NCBI GenBank assembly: GCA_019057795.1
Contig: JAHLWS010000068.1
Coordinates: 1 to 64,000 of the forward strand
Direction of reading: 5' to 3'
Length of the DNA: 64,000 nucleotides
Origin: Promethearchaeota archaeon
GTDB lineage: Archaea; Asgardarchaeota; Lokiarchaeia; Sigyniarchaeales; SOKP01
Shown here: in pieces, positions 27,329 through 38,025 of the stretch
How positions within the stretch are numbered: position 1 is the first letter of the stretch
Layout of the letters: the number at the start of each line of letters is the position of its first letter
Position numbers and translations under genes: made by a program
The notes under the pieces: model-generated
Databases searched by the model: none
The model's input: only the letters and a program-made list of their open reading frames with translations
What the model was told of the DNA's origin: nothing

Positions 27329-30300
27329 TAAATCGCCCCCCTATCTACATTGATGTATCGTTTAAACCCTTTTAAAATTTTAGAATACTTATCGAAGGTT
27401 TCTTTGCTGCGCTTTTCTACGCCTTCTATTTCGAAAGATACGTTTTCGCAATTAGTAAGGAAATCCGTCAATTGTTCGTTAGAAAACGGAAAACCCTCTA
27501 AATTTGATATTGACGCGATAAATTTGTTGATGTCTGCGCTCGTAACCGCGTAATTAACGCTATAATAACTGTTATAAGTAGCGTGAAGGAAATTTCTAAG
27601 CAAATCTTTTCCGATTTTAAGCGATTTCTCGAATTCTTCGCTATTAATAGATTGATACATTTTAAAATGTTCGTAGTTTAAGATTGTAGCGAAATGTGTG
27701 GCAAAAGCGTTTTTAAGTTTTTTAGCGTTAATTTCTTGTACCTGTGAAGAACTTTCAGAATTGTAGGAATTATCGGAATTATGGGACTCTATATCTAAAG
27801 GTTCGTAGGAAATTGACGCCTCTCTCTGAGCTTCGTAATAGTCTTTTAAGGCTTCGTCGTAGTGTGGTCCGACCGCGAAAGAAGTTTGTAGCGATTCCGA
27901 ACCGTTTGCTCTTCGAGGATGGCTCTCAATTAAGTATCGATGTTTTACCAAAATTTCGAAAGTTTTGTTTTTGATCTCTTTCTCTCTCTTTTTATCTTTA
28001 GTTACCTTTAAAATGTACGGGTGAAGCCATTGCGTTAGCTCTTTCTTAACTTTTTGCTCGTACAAGTTGCCTATTTGGTCTAATTTTTTTAAGTTGTTTA
28101 GAAACTTTATTATACCCTCGATTAAAACGCTATAATCTCCGAAATCCTTCTGAAATAAAGTTTTCTTTGCTAGCTGTATTATTTGCTTTTCGGTATTTTT
28201 TACGTCGTACCCTTGCTTTCCCATGTTGCTTATAATTTCTTCCCAAGATAGAGGGGTGATTTCTCTAATAACTTTCAAATCAAATTCGACAGGAAAAGGT
28301 TGGTAAATGTCTTCTCGTTTAACCACGGCCTCGTCTTCTTTCATGCTCGCGATGTACCTCAATTGGTAGCTTTCTTTTCTAGTGCGACTATAGTGCCCTA
28401 TCCCGTGAAGCGACTCTAAGTTCATAAGAGATTTAAGCGTTGCGCTATCTCTTTTATCGGTCGCTTTAAAGGTAACTAAGTTTTGGAAGTAATTGAACGC
28501 GTTAGAGTGTAAATACCTGATTTGAGAAGCCGAACAGATCGTCCCAAAATTATCTTGCTGAAAAGGTTCGAGAAACTTGTCGATTATACCGTAATTAACT
28601 TTCCTATCTATGAAATCCCCGTTGAAAACCACGTCTAAGTGCGGTACAATTAAGAACTTAGGGTAATAACTTTTTCCGGTTTTTAAGTAGTGGATAAACT
28701 TAGAAAGAACTACGAAGGTAAAAAAACACTTCTTGTCGTAATTTGTAACGTCTGAAAAATCGATAATTACCGTTTTGTCTTGAGTAATTAGCTCGTAAGA
28801 GAGAATGATTCCTTGTTTGTCTAATTGTTGGCGTTGCATGAATTTTATGTCTTGTTGGGTAAATTCGCTGAAAAACGATAGTATCGAATCGTTAACAGGG
28901 GACTTTTCCCAGTCGCTCGTAGTAGATAGGTCTAAAGTTAAAGTAGAGAGGTTTATTTCGGTATTTTTCGCTAAAGATTTCTTGAAAGCTTCGATCGCCC
29001 TTTCGTCTTTTCTGAAGCACAACCCAAAAGCGTCGAACATATATTCCAAATAGCCCATGTTGTCGTTGTCGTAGGGGATTTCTGAAAAAAGAGGGTTGAC
29101 CAGAAAAGTTTTGCCCGCTTTAAGGTACAAAAACTTATCTTCGTATATAGTTCCTTCAAAAAATCTCATTAATTTGGACCAATTGCCTGTGAAATCGAAA
29201 ATAACGGAGGGATATCCCGCTTTCACGAGTTCCAAAACTATTTTTTGGCACAACGCTTCCCTACTCGAGTTAACCCCGTTGACCACTAATAAATTTCGCA
29301 ATTGTTCGAGTGTAAACCCCATCGGAACTTCTTTTTCCAAGAACTCGGTGTTTATGGTGTTCCCAACCGTAATAAGGTTAGTCAAGTGTAGGGGCGTGTT
29401 AAACTCCGCGGCTATCCTCGTTTCGATCCCCTTTTTGAATTGGTCGGATATTTCAGTTATATACGTAAGAGGTTTTCCTTGAAACAACGAGTAACCCAAG
29501 TGGGTACCGTTCCTTCTGAAGAGTCTATTCTTAAAAGCTTCGAACAAGAGCCCCGATTCTAACTCGTTTTTTCTAAGTTGTTTTAACTCGAAATTAACGA
29601 AGTTTTCCTTGAAGCTTAATCGCAACACCGAGTTTTGGTGTTTTAGCTTTTGCTCCATTTCGTCGAGCACCTCGTAGTTGAAAGAAAGAGTTTTTGATAC
29701 TACCGAAGTGGAATAAGTTATAACGGTGTTCCAGATACCCGAGCGAGAGTTTAACCATAGTTTTCCATCTATTTCTGATCTCGTTCTCGCTAGCAATTTT
29801 GCTTTCTCCACCTCTTTTAAGAACTTAAAACCTTCTTTTTTGAACTCGTCAAAATCTAAAGGATTAATCTCGATCGTGGCGGTAAAAGGCATTTTTTCTT
29901 TGATAAGGGCTCCATAAAAATTACTTGGAGTACAATAAGGCGGCGGATAGGTAAAATACAGGTTATTAATCTTGATCCCCCCGATTAATTTTTCCTCGAC
30001 TTGGTAAAAAATAGTCTCGGGCGCTTCCGGTACCTTGAAAAACCTAACTTTAGAAAAGGGATCGACGACCTTGATATCGTTCGATTTGAACAACTTGTTT
30101 TTGATTAGAAAGAAAAACATTTCGCGCCACCAAATTACTATTATTGCTATAAGAATTGCAAGAATCCCTATAGATTGTATTCCTACGGGCAAGTTAAATA
30201 TTAAGAGCAACCGATCCAAGCATATAACAATCGCTAAAACGTAGCTTGCTTTCAATATCGTAGGCTTTATTTTAGGTCTTATCGTTTTACAACTAATTCT

Positions 30301-31110
30301 TTTCGAGTCTCCTTCGATTTGTACGTCCTGTTTCAAAACTGCGATTCTATAAGCGTTTAATAATTTTTCTTCAGAAAACTCAACGACCTTAAAGTGGTGA
30401 AAGTTGGAAGCAAAAGCCGAAGTTAAAGAAACTGCGTATTTTCGTAGTACTTCGCCCATTGTTTCTAATTTCGATTCAGTAATTTTTCCTTTAATTTTGT
30501 AGAAGGTACTAAAGTAAAGCATCATCTCAAAAGTCGAAGATTCGGAACCATCGCTGTTGATACTTGTTTGAAGCTGTTTTTGAATTATTTGGTACGAAAA
30601 CGGCACTTTAAGGGCTTGCAATCCTAAATAAACTTTGTTTAAGTTAGCGTGAACGTTTTCGGGAATTATTTTAATTCTAAAAACCCTTACTCCGGTAGTG
30701 CTGAGCTCCTTGTGATTCGTAAAAAATAAAACCGACTTGTCTTCTTTCATCTGCCAAAAAACAAAGTCTCTAAACGGATCGAAAGAACGAAAATCAAGTA
30801 CATGGCGCAAGCTAAAAAATTGCTTGTGGAAGACCACAATAAAACTAATCGCTACGATCCCTGCAATAACAATCGATAGCACTATGTTGTAAGTCGCGTA
30901 AAGCACAGATATAAAGTATAATAGCCCAATTACAACTAAGGGTATCGCTTTAAGAACCGATTCGGTCGAGTTAATGTCGTCATAAGCGGGGTTTTTATCC
31001 CATATGTCCAAATTCGCATTTTTTTTTTCCTTATCGTCATCGTCCATATCTGGTTTAAACCTATTGTTATTATATGAATCTTTCAAAAAATCTCCGTAAG
31101 CTTTTACCAT
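27328..31110 (-). CDS. Membrane-anchored HerA/VirB4-like protein with degenerate Walker motifs
   Basis: Two TM-hairpin-plus-domain repeats, then ITVG..LRNLLVVNGVNSSRE..SVIFDFTGNW..NPL..VIIDFS..SASQ, which is the HerA/VirB4 layout without GKT or DE. Confidence 0.7.
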   Translation of the reverse strand: MVKAYGDFLKDSYNNNRFKPDMDDDDKEKKNANLDIWDKNPAYDDINSTESVLKAIPLVVIGLLYFISVLYATYNIVLSIVIAGIVAISFIVVFHKQFFSLRHVLDFRSFDPFRDFVFWQMKEDKSVLFFTNHKELSTTGVRVFRIKIIPENVHANLNKVYLGLQALKVPFSYQIIQKQLQTSINSDGSESSTFEMMLYFSTFYKIKGKITESKLETMGEVLRKYAVSLTSAFASNFHHFKVVEFSEEKLLNAYRIAVLKQDVQIEGDSKRISCKTIRPKIKPTILKASYVLAIVICLDRLLLIFNLPVGIQSIGILAILIAIIVIWWREMFFFLIKNKLFKSNDIKVVDPFSKVRFFKVPEAPETIFYQVEEKLIGGIKINNLYFTYPPPYCTPSNFYGALIKEKMPFTATIEINPLDFDEFKKEGFKFLKEVEKAKLLARTRSEIDGKLWLNSRSGIWNTVITYSTSVVSKTLSFNYEVLDEMEQKLKHQNSVLRLSFKENFVNFELKQLRKNELESGLLFEAFKNRLFRRNGTHLGYSLFQGKPLTYITEISDQFKKGIETRIAAEFNTPLHLTNLITVGNTINTEFLEKEVPMGFTLEQLRNLLVVNGVNSSREALCQKIVLELVKAGYPSVIFDFTGNWSKLMRFFEGTIYEDKFLYLKAGKTFLVNPLFSEIPYDNDNMGYLEYMFDAFGLCFRKDERAIEAFKKSLAKNTEINLSTLTLDLSTTSDWEKSPVNDSILSFFSEFTQQDIKFMQRQQLDKQGIILSYELITQDKTVIIDFSDVTNYDKKCFFTFVVLSKFIHYLKTGKSYYPKFLIVPHLDVVFNGDFIDRKVNYGIIDKFLEPFQQDNFGTICSASQIRYLHSNAFNYFQNLVTFKATDKRDSATLKSLMNLESLHGIGHYSRTRKESYQLRYIASMKEDEAVVKREDIYQPFPVEFDLKVIREITPLSWEEIISNMGKQGYDVKNTEKQIIQLAKKTLFQKDFGDYSVLIEGIIKFLNNLKKLDQIGNLYEQKVKKELTQWLHPYILKVTKDKKREKEIKNKTFEILVKHRYLIESHPRRANGSESLQTSFAVGPHYDEALKDYYEAQREASISYEPLDIESHNSDNSYNSESSSQVQEINAKKLKNAFATHFATILNYEHFKMYQSINSEEFEKSLKIGKDLLRNFLHATYNSYYSVNYAVTSADINKFIASISNLEGFPFSNEQLTDFLTNCENVSFEIEGVEKRSKETFDKYSKILKGFKRYINVDRGAI

Positions 31111-31171
31111 TTTTTATTTTCTCCTTTTCTTTTCATTTTTTTTATATCCTTTAATTTTTTTTTACTTTCCT

Positions 31172-32032
31172 CTACTTTCTTTTATTACTAAAATAAGTTT
31201 TATTTACGAAATAAAGCACAATAATGGCCCCAAAACAGACGAGCAAGTTGTAGCTAATGACAACCGACAAGAACCCGTACATTAGTGCCTCAATTAAAGA
31301 AATACTCCCGACCATGGCAAATAAAATTATAATTCCGATAACTAAAAATTGCCCGACCTGTTCCTTCGATTGCGTGTAAGAAATGTTATCTTTTAGCGAG
31401 CCCGAAATAACGATTTTTCTGCTTTTTTTCTTCTCGATGCTTTTTCTAATGGTTTTGAGTTGTATAATTTTCTCAAACGAATTCTTATCGAACTGGTCTT
31501 TGAGCTTGTATTGAAGCGCTTCTTCTTCTTCTCTAAATTTTTGAAGCAATATTGGATTAAATTTGCTTTCGTCTCTGTTTTTTCCACTTTGACCGCCTGA
31601 CAAAAAAGAAAGCAAAGAAATCGTGCGATTTTTTTCGACTACTTCTGGGTTAACGCTGTCGTGTAAGTTGGGAACGTCCAACTTGCGAAGCTCGTAATAA
31701 ACCTCAAATATCTCCTTAGCGTATTCAAAGCGAAGTTCTCCTTCCTTTTTTAAGAACAAAAGCTCTACTCTCTTTAACACGTCGATTAATTCCGGTCTAA
31801 ACACGTGAACGCTGAAATTTACCCCAAAAACCTTGTTTACGAGCTCCATGTATTCGAATATTTTCTCTCCCGCGCTTTTTTCCCTCGAGCGCATTCCTAG
31901 CTTGATTCCGATCTCGTCGACTGCGTTGCTCGTAAGCACAAAACTTACTACCGCTATCTTTTTATGGTTGTGAGTTTCTTTACAGAGCTGGATCAACCGC
32001 TTGAGCTTTAAATCTAACAACTGTTCCTTCAT
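31172..32032 (-). CDS. Hypothetical protein with 2 C-terminal TM helices
   Basis: Helical soluble N-terminus and hydrophobic C-terminal hairpin. Confidence 0.75.
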   Translation of the reverse strand: MKEQLLDLKLKRLIQLCKETHNHKKIAVVSFVLTSNAVDEIGIKLGMRSREKSAGEKIFEYMELVNKVFGVNFSVHVFRPELIDVLKRVELLFLKKEGELRFEYAKEIFEVYYELRKLDVPNLHDSVNPEVVEKNRTISLLSFLSGGQSGKNRDESKFNPILLQKFREEEEALQYKLKDQFDKNSFEKIIQLKTIRKSIEKKKSRKIVISGSLKDNISYTQSKEQVGQFLVIGIIILFAMVGSISLIEALMYGFLSVVISYNLLVCFGAIIVLYFVNKTYFSNKRK

Positions 32033-32036
32033 TCTC

Positions 32037-32771
32037 TTACGTTCGCCCCCGAATCTTTTGTGCTTCTCTTTTAGACGTTGGAGATTCTTTCAAGGACTCG
32101 CTTGCAGATTCAAGCTTAAATTCTTCTTGTGATATCAACTTGTCCCAATCCAATTCTTCTCGAACGCTTTCAACGTGCCGTTTTATCTTATTTTCTGCGC
32201 TAGATTCCTCTTTTTCGAAGGTATTAATTACTGAATGATTGAATATTGCAAAAGGAAAAGTGCAAGCAAACGAGATTAGTTGGAGAAAATATCCAGGACC
32301 GATCGAATAGTAAAAAATAACTCCTAAATCGTAATCGTAATACGCTAAGAAAGGGTAGTACAAACCGTTCGGGAGCAAGAAAAACAACGGGTATATTAAA
32401 ACGAAGAATCCAATCAATGTTACCAAAGATAAGTTGACGAACCCGAATTTTTTTAATCTAAGTAGGTTATCTTTGCGTTCCGCATCGACAAATAATACTG
32501 AATATGCGGACAAAAAAATAACTATTAAGAAAGCGATAACAATGCCAACAGGTAAAGAAGCGTTTTTAGGTTCGTAAAAATCGTTAATGACGGCGCCTTG
32601 AGAAAACGTGGTGCTCCAATCGAACAGCGCGTTGTAAACCCAATAAACTACTATTTCACCGGAATCGCTTACTCCTTGAAAGTAATACCAATCCAAAAAG
32701 ACCGAAGCAAACCCGAGCATCAGACCAACAATAAAAACAATTTTATATCCTGATTTAAAATTTATCGTCAT
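32037..32771 (-). CDS. Hypothetical membrane protein (about 4 TM)
   Basis: Four hydrophobic segments; LDWYY and GPGYFL motifs. Confidence 0.75.
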   Translation of the reverse strand: MTINFKSGYKIVFIVGLMLGFASVFLDWYYFQGVSDSGEIVVYWVYNALFDWSTTFSQGAVINDFYEPKNASLPVGIVIAFLIVIFLSAYSVLFVDAERKDNLLRLKKFGFVNLSLVTLIGFFVLIYPLFFLLPNGLYYPFLAYYDYDLGVIFYYSIGPGYFLQLISFACTFPFAIFNHSVINTFEKEESSAENKIKRHVESVREELDWDKLISQEEFKLESASESLKESPTSKREAQKIRGRT

Positions 32772-32893
32772 ATTAACTTAGACTCTATTAATTTTTACTA
32801 GTAGAACTAAAAAGAAGTATGGTTTTATAAAGAAAAAATTAAAGATTTTATGGAAATTTGTTTTATAGTTTTGCAAAAAAATGTTGTAGATTG

Positions 32894-34906
32894 TTAATCG
32901 TCAAAAAACGAGCTGTATTTTACTTCGCTTTTAGGTTTTTCTTTTATAGAACTATTTCTTGGTTCCGGATCTAATTCGTATAGTTGAGGGGCGTCTCTCT
33001 CTTGTTGTTTTGCTACTAAGTTTTCTTTAATGTTATCTTTTTCGATTTGTTCTAACACCTCAGAATCTTTGTCTTTTCCAAAACACTCGTAGCCAAATTG
33101 AGCCATCTGTTCGCCTGTGAACTCTTCTTTAACGCACAACAAATCGGTTTCGCTAAACTGCGCGTTCTGTAAATAATAAGGGGTTTCAAATTTGGATGTT
33201 AAATCTTTTTTGGTTTTGTAAAACTTAAAGTAGAAGTACGCTATCGTGAAAAAGTAGATCCCTATGGCAGCGAACCCGATGCTGTTGAAAAGTCTCAGAA
33301 GGAAGTACAGCTGCGAAAAATAGATAACAAGCAGTACTACAGAATATCCGAGGAATGGAAGCGAAGCCATCTTTAGACTCGAACGAAACTTAGTGTCTGC
33401 GTTTTGGTATATCTCGATCGAATTAGTTTTTTTAGCTCGAGACTCGATTAGTTTGTACTTTTTTTCCAAAAATCGTAGTAGAGTGGCGATGTTAGGCCAA
33501 TCGATAACGTGTAGATTTGTTTTTCTCTGGTATGGGAACAAAACTGATTTCTCCATGCATTTCGCGGGAATTTTAGTTAGTAAGATGGGTTCGATTAAAA
33601 TTTTGTACTGAGTTTGGCCTGAGACAAAATATAGTTTCTTGCTTCTTGCGCTTTTTTCAGCCGTAAATTTTACTTGCAAGTATTTTTGAAAGAATTCTTG
33701 AAAATTATCGCCGTTAACAACGTCTTCAAACACAGCGTCTTTAGCTTTTAAAAGGTCGATTGCGTAGTTGCGCACTTTAAGTAACGAGTCAGATTCTTGA
33801 GCCTTCGAGTGAGGCTTGTAGTCTATTTTCTCTTCGTGTATTAATATCCTTCCTTCTAAGTCGCAGAACTTGATTGGTACGAGAATTATAAGCTTCGAGT
33901 TGTCGTTAACGCTTACGAGCTTGCAACCCACATAATCGACATCTTGGAAAAACGGTCTTAGAGCTTCGATTCCGTTTGGAATTGAGTAATATCCTATGTC
34001 TTTTAACGATTCGGCGATCTCGCTTGTAAGATCTTCTCGGCGATTTAATATCCTTGAACTCGTTGAAGCTTCTGAAATCTCTGGAATATTTGTATCTACT
34101 AAAACTTCTGGAATATTTGTATCTTCTGAAATCTCAGGAATTTTAGTAACTTCAGGAAACTCGGTATAAGTTGGAGTAACAACGTATTCTTCTCGAGGAA
34201 CCTCTTCTTTTGGTAAGGGCGCTTCGCTCTCGAAGGGTTCTACGGTTGCGTTGTTTTCAAATTGTTCTGGAATTTCTTCTTGGTATTCTTCGATTTCTTC
34301 TTCCTCTTCTTCTTCGACTTCTCTTTGGAACTTTTCCTGTGGGAGTTCCTCCTCAACAAATACTTCGGCAACTTCGAAGGTTTCAATATTATCAACTTCG
34401 GTTTCAGCTTCAATTTCTTCCAGTTCAAGAATTGCGGTTTCAATTTTAACGTCTGGTCGCGCAAGCAATTGCTTGTAGGGCGTAGCATTTCTTAGTTGAA
34501 TGCCTTCCTTACGCTCGAAATCCTCTCCAACTTCAATCTCAGCGATTTCGTTAGTTTTAAGCTCTTCCAACATGGCATCTTCCTGAATTTTTTGAACTAT
34601 AACGGGTTCTTCTTTCGAATGTTCGGGTATTTTGACTTTATTACCTTCCTTTATTCCTTCTAAAAGCTTTTTCGCTTCTTCAATAAATTTTCTAGCCGTA
34701 GCTATACCAACTCCGGGAGCTTCCGATAATTTCTCGGGAGTTATTTCTGCAAGCTGTCGATAGGTGTAGATTTTCCTAACATTTAGCTTCTCGGCGGTGC
34801 CCGAGCCAATACCTTTGATTTTTGTGAGGTCGTTGGTAGTTTGAGACAACGCAATCGTTTTTTCTTCGGGAAGTTCAACATTTATCTTTTCGTATACATC
34901 TGTCAT
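32894..34906 (-). CDS. Helix-hairpin-helix protein with acidic linker and TM hairpin
   Basis: LTKIKGIG..TAEKL and APGVGIATARK (two HhH), a Glu-rich region, a globular domain and 2 TM helices. Confidence 0.8.
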   Translation of the reverse strand: MTDVYEKINVELPEEKTIALSQTTNDLTKIKGIGSGTAEKLNVRKIYTYRQLAEITPEKLSEAPGVGIATARKFIEEAKKLLEGIKEGNKVKIPEHSKEEPVIVQKIQEDAMLEELKTNEIAEIEVGEDFERKEGIQLRNATPYKQLLARPDVKIETAILELEEIEAETEVDNIETFEVAEVFVEEELPQEKFQREVEEEEEEEIEEYQEEIPEQFENNATVEPFESEAPLPKEEVPREEYVVTPTYTEFPEVTKIPEISEDTNIPEVLVDTNIPEISEASTSSRILNRREDLTSEIAESLKDIGYYSIPNGIEALRPFFQDVDYVGCKLVSVNDNSKLIILVPIKFCDLEGRILIHEEKIDYKPHSKAQESDSLLKVRNYAIDLLKAKDAVFEDVVNGDNFQEFFQKYLQVKFTAEKSARSKKLYFVSGQTQYKILIEPILLTKIPAKCMEKSVLFPYQRKTNLHVIDWPNIATLLRFLEKKYKLIESRAKKTNSIEIYQNADTKFRSSLKMASLPFLGYSVVLLVIYFSQLYFLLRLFNSIGFAAIGIYFFTIAYFYFKFYKTKKDLTSKFETPYYLQNAQFSETDLLCVKEEFTGEQMAQFGYECFGKDKDSEVLEQIEKDNIKENLVAKQQERDAPQLYELDPEPRNSSIKEKPKSEVKYSSFFDD

Positions 34907-35387
34907 AGGGATCTAATTTTAAGATATATTCCCATATTTAAAGAAAAAAAAATATCTTCCCAATCTATTAGATTCCTTAAATGTTAAATCACCGAGGAAA
35001 TAAAGAATATCTTTTGGTCTTATACTTTCTTCTATGTTTTGTAGAATAGTTTTATTTATATCTCAATATTCTTAAATGGGCGATTACAATATTTTAATAT
35101 ATTTTTGTGTGATAAATGAAAATCCGCTGTAAAGAAAATCAATATAATTCACATTTTTTAGGAAAATATTAATTTTGAGATGGAAATTTTAAATTCATTA
35201 TATCTGCTTTCTCTACATTTCTGATATTTTTTGCTTTAAGATAATTTTAAATAAAACCTTTTTTATCATAATTTTAACAAAAAATAGATCAAAAATTTGT
35301 CATATTTTTTTGAAAAAAAATGATAACAAAAGAAGTGTGCGAGAAAACTTTATATTAAAACATGTTTTAAAAAGGAAGTAAAAAAAA

Positions 35388-37178
35388 ATGAAAAAAAAAG
35401 TAATGGTTTTAGCGGGAATTATAGTATTAAGTATGTTCTTATTTGTTAAACCTATAATAGACGAAAATAAAGAATCCTCGCCAAGAAATGCGGGGTATTG
35501 GAATATAGATCGTATATTTATCAATGGCAACGATGACTGGGAAGCACTTGCTAATACTTATGATTGGTGTAGTGGTTCTGGTGCAATTGATGACCCTTAT
35601 ATTATCGAGAATGTTACGGTTAATGATGATATTTCAATTGGAGGCTCAAGTGTTTACTTTGTAATTAGAAATAGTTCAGTTAATCGTGGTATTTCAATTA
35701 GAGACTCAAGTGTTTACTTTGTAATTAGAAATTGTTCAGTTTACGAGGGAGGATATTACGGTAAGGGAATCGAGTTAAATAATGTAACTAATTCGATGAT
35801 TTTTAATAATACAGCTTATAACAATTATTATGGAATATATTTAACGGATAGCAATAATAACACACTCTTAGACAATACAGCTTATAACAATGATTTTGGA
35901 ATATATTTAACGGATAGCAATAATAACACACTCTTAGACAATACAGCTTATAACAATTATTATGGAATATATGTAGCCTATAGTAGTATCAACATGATTT
36001 CGGGAAATACTGCAAATGACAATAAATATTCAGGAATACATTTATATTATAGCTACAATAACACGGTTTGGGATAATACCGTAAATTTCAACGATTATAC
36101 TGCAGGAATATGTTTAGATTATAGCTACAATAACACGGTTCGGGATAATACCGTAAATTTCAATGTTAATATTGGAATATTTTTATCTGATAGTTACAAT
36201 AATACAATTGAACTGAATAATGTTAAAAATAATTATGGTGATGGTATAAGTTTATGGGAAAGTAATAATAACGATATCTTGAGAAATGAAGTAAATGATA
36301 ATGATAGATATGGAATATATTTATTCGGATATATGGGGATTAGTAATAATAATAATGTCTCAGAGAACACTGTAAATTCCAACGATGGATTGGCAGGGAT
36401 TTATTTACATGATGCCCATTATAATATAATTTCAGGAAACACCGCAAATGACAATAGTGGTGATGGGATACAATTATCTTACAGTGATTATAATACCATT
36501 TTGGGAAATACAATTATGGACAATAACGAATATGGGGTATTTGGTCATTACAGCGAAAATAATCTTATTTATAATAATATATTTATTGGGAACATATTTG
36601 GGAATGCCGTAGACGACTCTTTTAATATTAACTATTGGGATAATGGAACTCTTGGAAATTATTGGGCAGACTATGAGGGTTTTGATAATAATGGCGATGG
36701 AATAGGCGATACTCCTTATTCCATAGGTGGAATAGCGGGAGCGATAGATAATTATCCAATATGGGATATACCAAAGCCAGATCCCGAATTTCCAACATCA
36801 TTCACACTTACTTCTAATGCTGATACTCCCGATACAGATGGTATCTTTACATTATATTGGACAAATTCCGAATACGCAAATAACTATTCTCTTTACCAGA
36901 ACGATGTTTTATTGGTTAGTGGATTAACAGGGCTTTATTGTTCAATGAAAATCTATTCAAATGGTAGTTATAGCTTTAAAGTAATAGCTTTTAATAACTA
37001 TGGATATACGAGTTCAAATGAAATAATTGTTGACATAGAGATACCAGTAGAACCAGAGACAACACCAGATTTGATACCAAGCTTTAACCCATTAATAATT
37101 GTTGGATTAATTGTTGGAATATCTAGCATATTGGCTATTGGAATTAAGAAAAGAATGTTATTGCGAACTGAATTGTAA
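35388..37178 (+). CDS. Cell-surface parallel beta-helix (NosD/CASH-like) protein with FN3-like domain and C-terminal TM
   Basis: Signal peptide, GIYL..S.NN.I..N repeats, GNYWADY.G.D..GDGIGDTPY, TM anchor. Confidence 0.9.
   Translation: MKKKVMVLAGIIVLSMFLFVKPIIDENKESSPRNAGYWNIDRIFINGNDDWEALANTYDWCSGSGAIDDPYIIENVTVNDDISIGGSSVYFVIRNSSVNRGISIRDSSVYFVIRNCSVYEGGYYGKGIELNNVTNSMIFNNTAYNNYYGIYLTDSNNNTLLDNTAYNNDFGIYLTDSNNNTLLDNTAYNNYYGIYVAYSSINMISGNTANDNKYSGIHLYYSYNNTVWDNTVNFNDYTAGICLDYSYNNTVRDNTVNFNVNIGIFLSDSYNNTIELNNVKNNYGDGISLWESNNNDILRNEVNDNDRYGIYLFGYMGISNNNNVSENTVNSNDGLAGIYLHDAHYNIISGNTANDNSGDGIQLSYSDYNTILGNTIMDNNEYGVFGHYSENNLIYNNIFIGNIFGNAVDDSFNINYWDNGTLGNYWADYEGFDNNGDGIGDTPYSIGGIAGAIDNYPIWDIPKPDPEFPTSFTLTSNADTPDTDGIFTLYWTNSEYANNYSLYQNDVLLVSGLTGLYCSMKIYSNGSYSFKVIAFNNYGYTSSNEIIVDIEIPVEPETTPDLIPSFNPLIIVGLIVGISSILAIGIKKRMLLRTEL
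35808..35972 (+). repeat. 66-bp in-frame tandem repeat (2.5 copies) in the beta-helix gene
   Basis: Units start AATACAGCTTATAAC at 35808, 35874 and 35940. Confidence 0.9.
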
Positions 37179-37583
37179 ATTTAAATTTTTATTTATTATT
37201 TTTTTTCGTTTCTTAAATTTAATATCTTTCCTAATTTGTACTCTTTTCATCTTAAGACAATATTTAAGACAATTTTGGCAATAATAGGTTGTATTTGCCA
37301 AACAATAAAAACCAATCTCAATTGTAGCCATACAATCCCTAAATTATAACAACACTCACTAATAAAATTAAATTGGTTTTTTTATTTATATACTTTAAGC
37401 TGTTTTGGGTAGTATGGTCCTTGTCGAATTACTTTACATACCATCTAGACTAGACTTTTTTTCCCCTAATGGGTTTTTTCGCCTTTTTTCATATTTCATA
37501 CTCGTTTTTAACAAATAGGTAGGTAAATCGGCAAGTACTTTTCTTTTTTTTTTCTTTATATTTGAAGGCAATTAACTCTTTAC

Positions 37584-37913
37584 ATGGAAAGTAAAAGCAC
37601 AAGTAGAAATAGAAATTTTGAAAGGAAAATAAGCGAGTTGTTAAAGCAAAACGCGAAAAACCTCCATACTTGCCCGTTGTGCGGAGAGAGGATCGAGATC
37701 GGGATCGAAAAAGGAGTTTTATCTGAGATTTCGAAGGACGGTAATTACCCGTTCCCTCACATTCACCTACACGGAAGCCCTCTTCACGCTATGATCTGCT
37801 ACGTGGACACGCACTTTGTCGTTCGAGGGGTAGGGAGCGTTCGCAGTATCGAGATTTCCCGAGACTCAGACACTTTACAGCAGTTCGTGAAAAAATGGTC
37901 GAACGCGTATTAA
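37584..37913 (+). CDS. Small Cys/His hypothetical protein
   Basis: CPLC..FPHIHLHG..HAMICYVD. Confidence 0.8.
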   Translation: MESKSTSRNRNFERKISELLKQNAKNLHTCPLCGERIEIGIEKGVLSEISKDGNYPFPHIHLHGSPLHAMICYVDTHFVVRGVGSVRSIEISRDSDTLQQFVKKWSNAY

Positions 37914-38025
37914 TTGGTGATAAAAGATTTCTTTAACTAACTTTACAAGCGCTCCAAAGGATAAGAAAGACCTAAAAGACGAGGAGATCTTTAGGTATAT
38001 ACAGGACGAAAGAATACTTCGAGTT

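Noticed and set aside
35631-36161. Diversity-generating retroelement TR/VR pair
   Set aside because: Repeats are tandem and in frame, and no reverse transcriptase is in the window.
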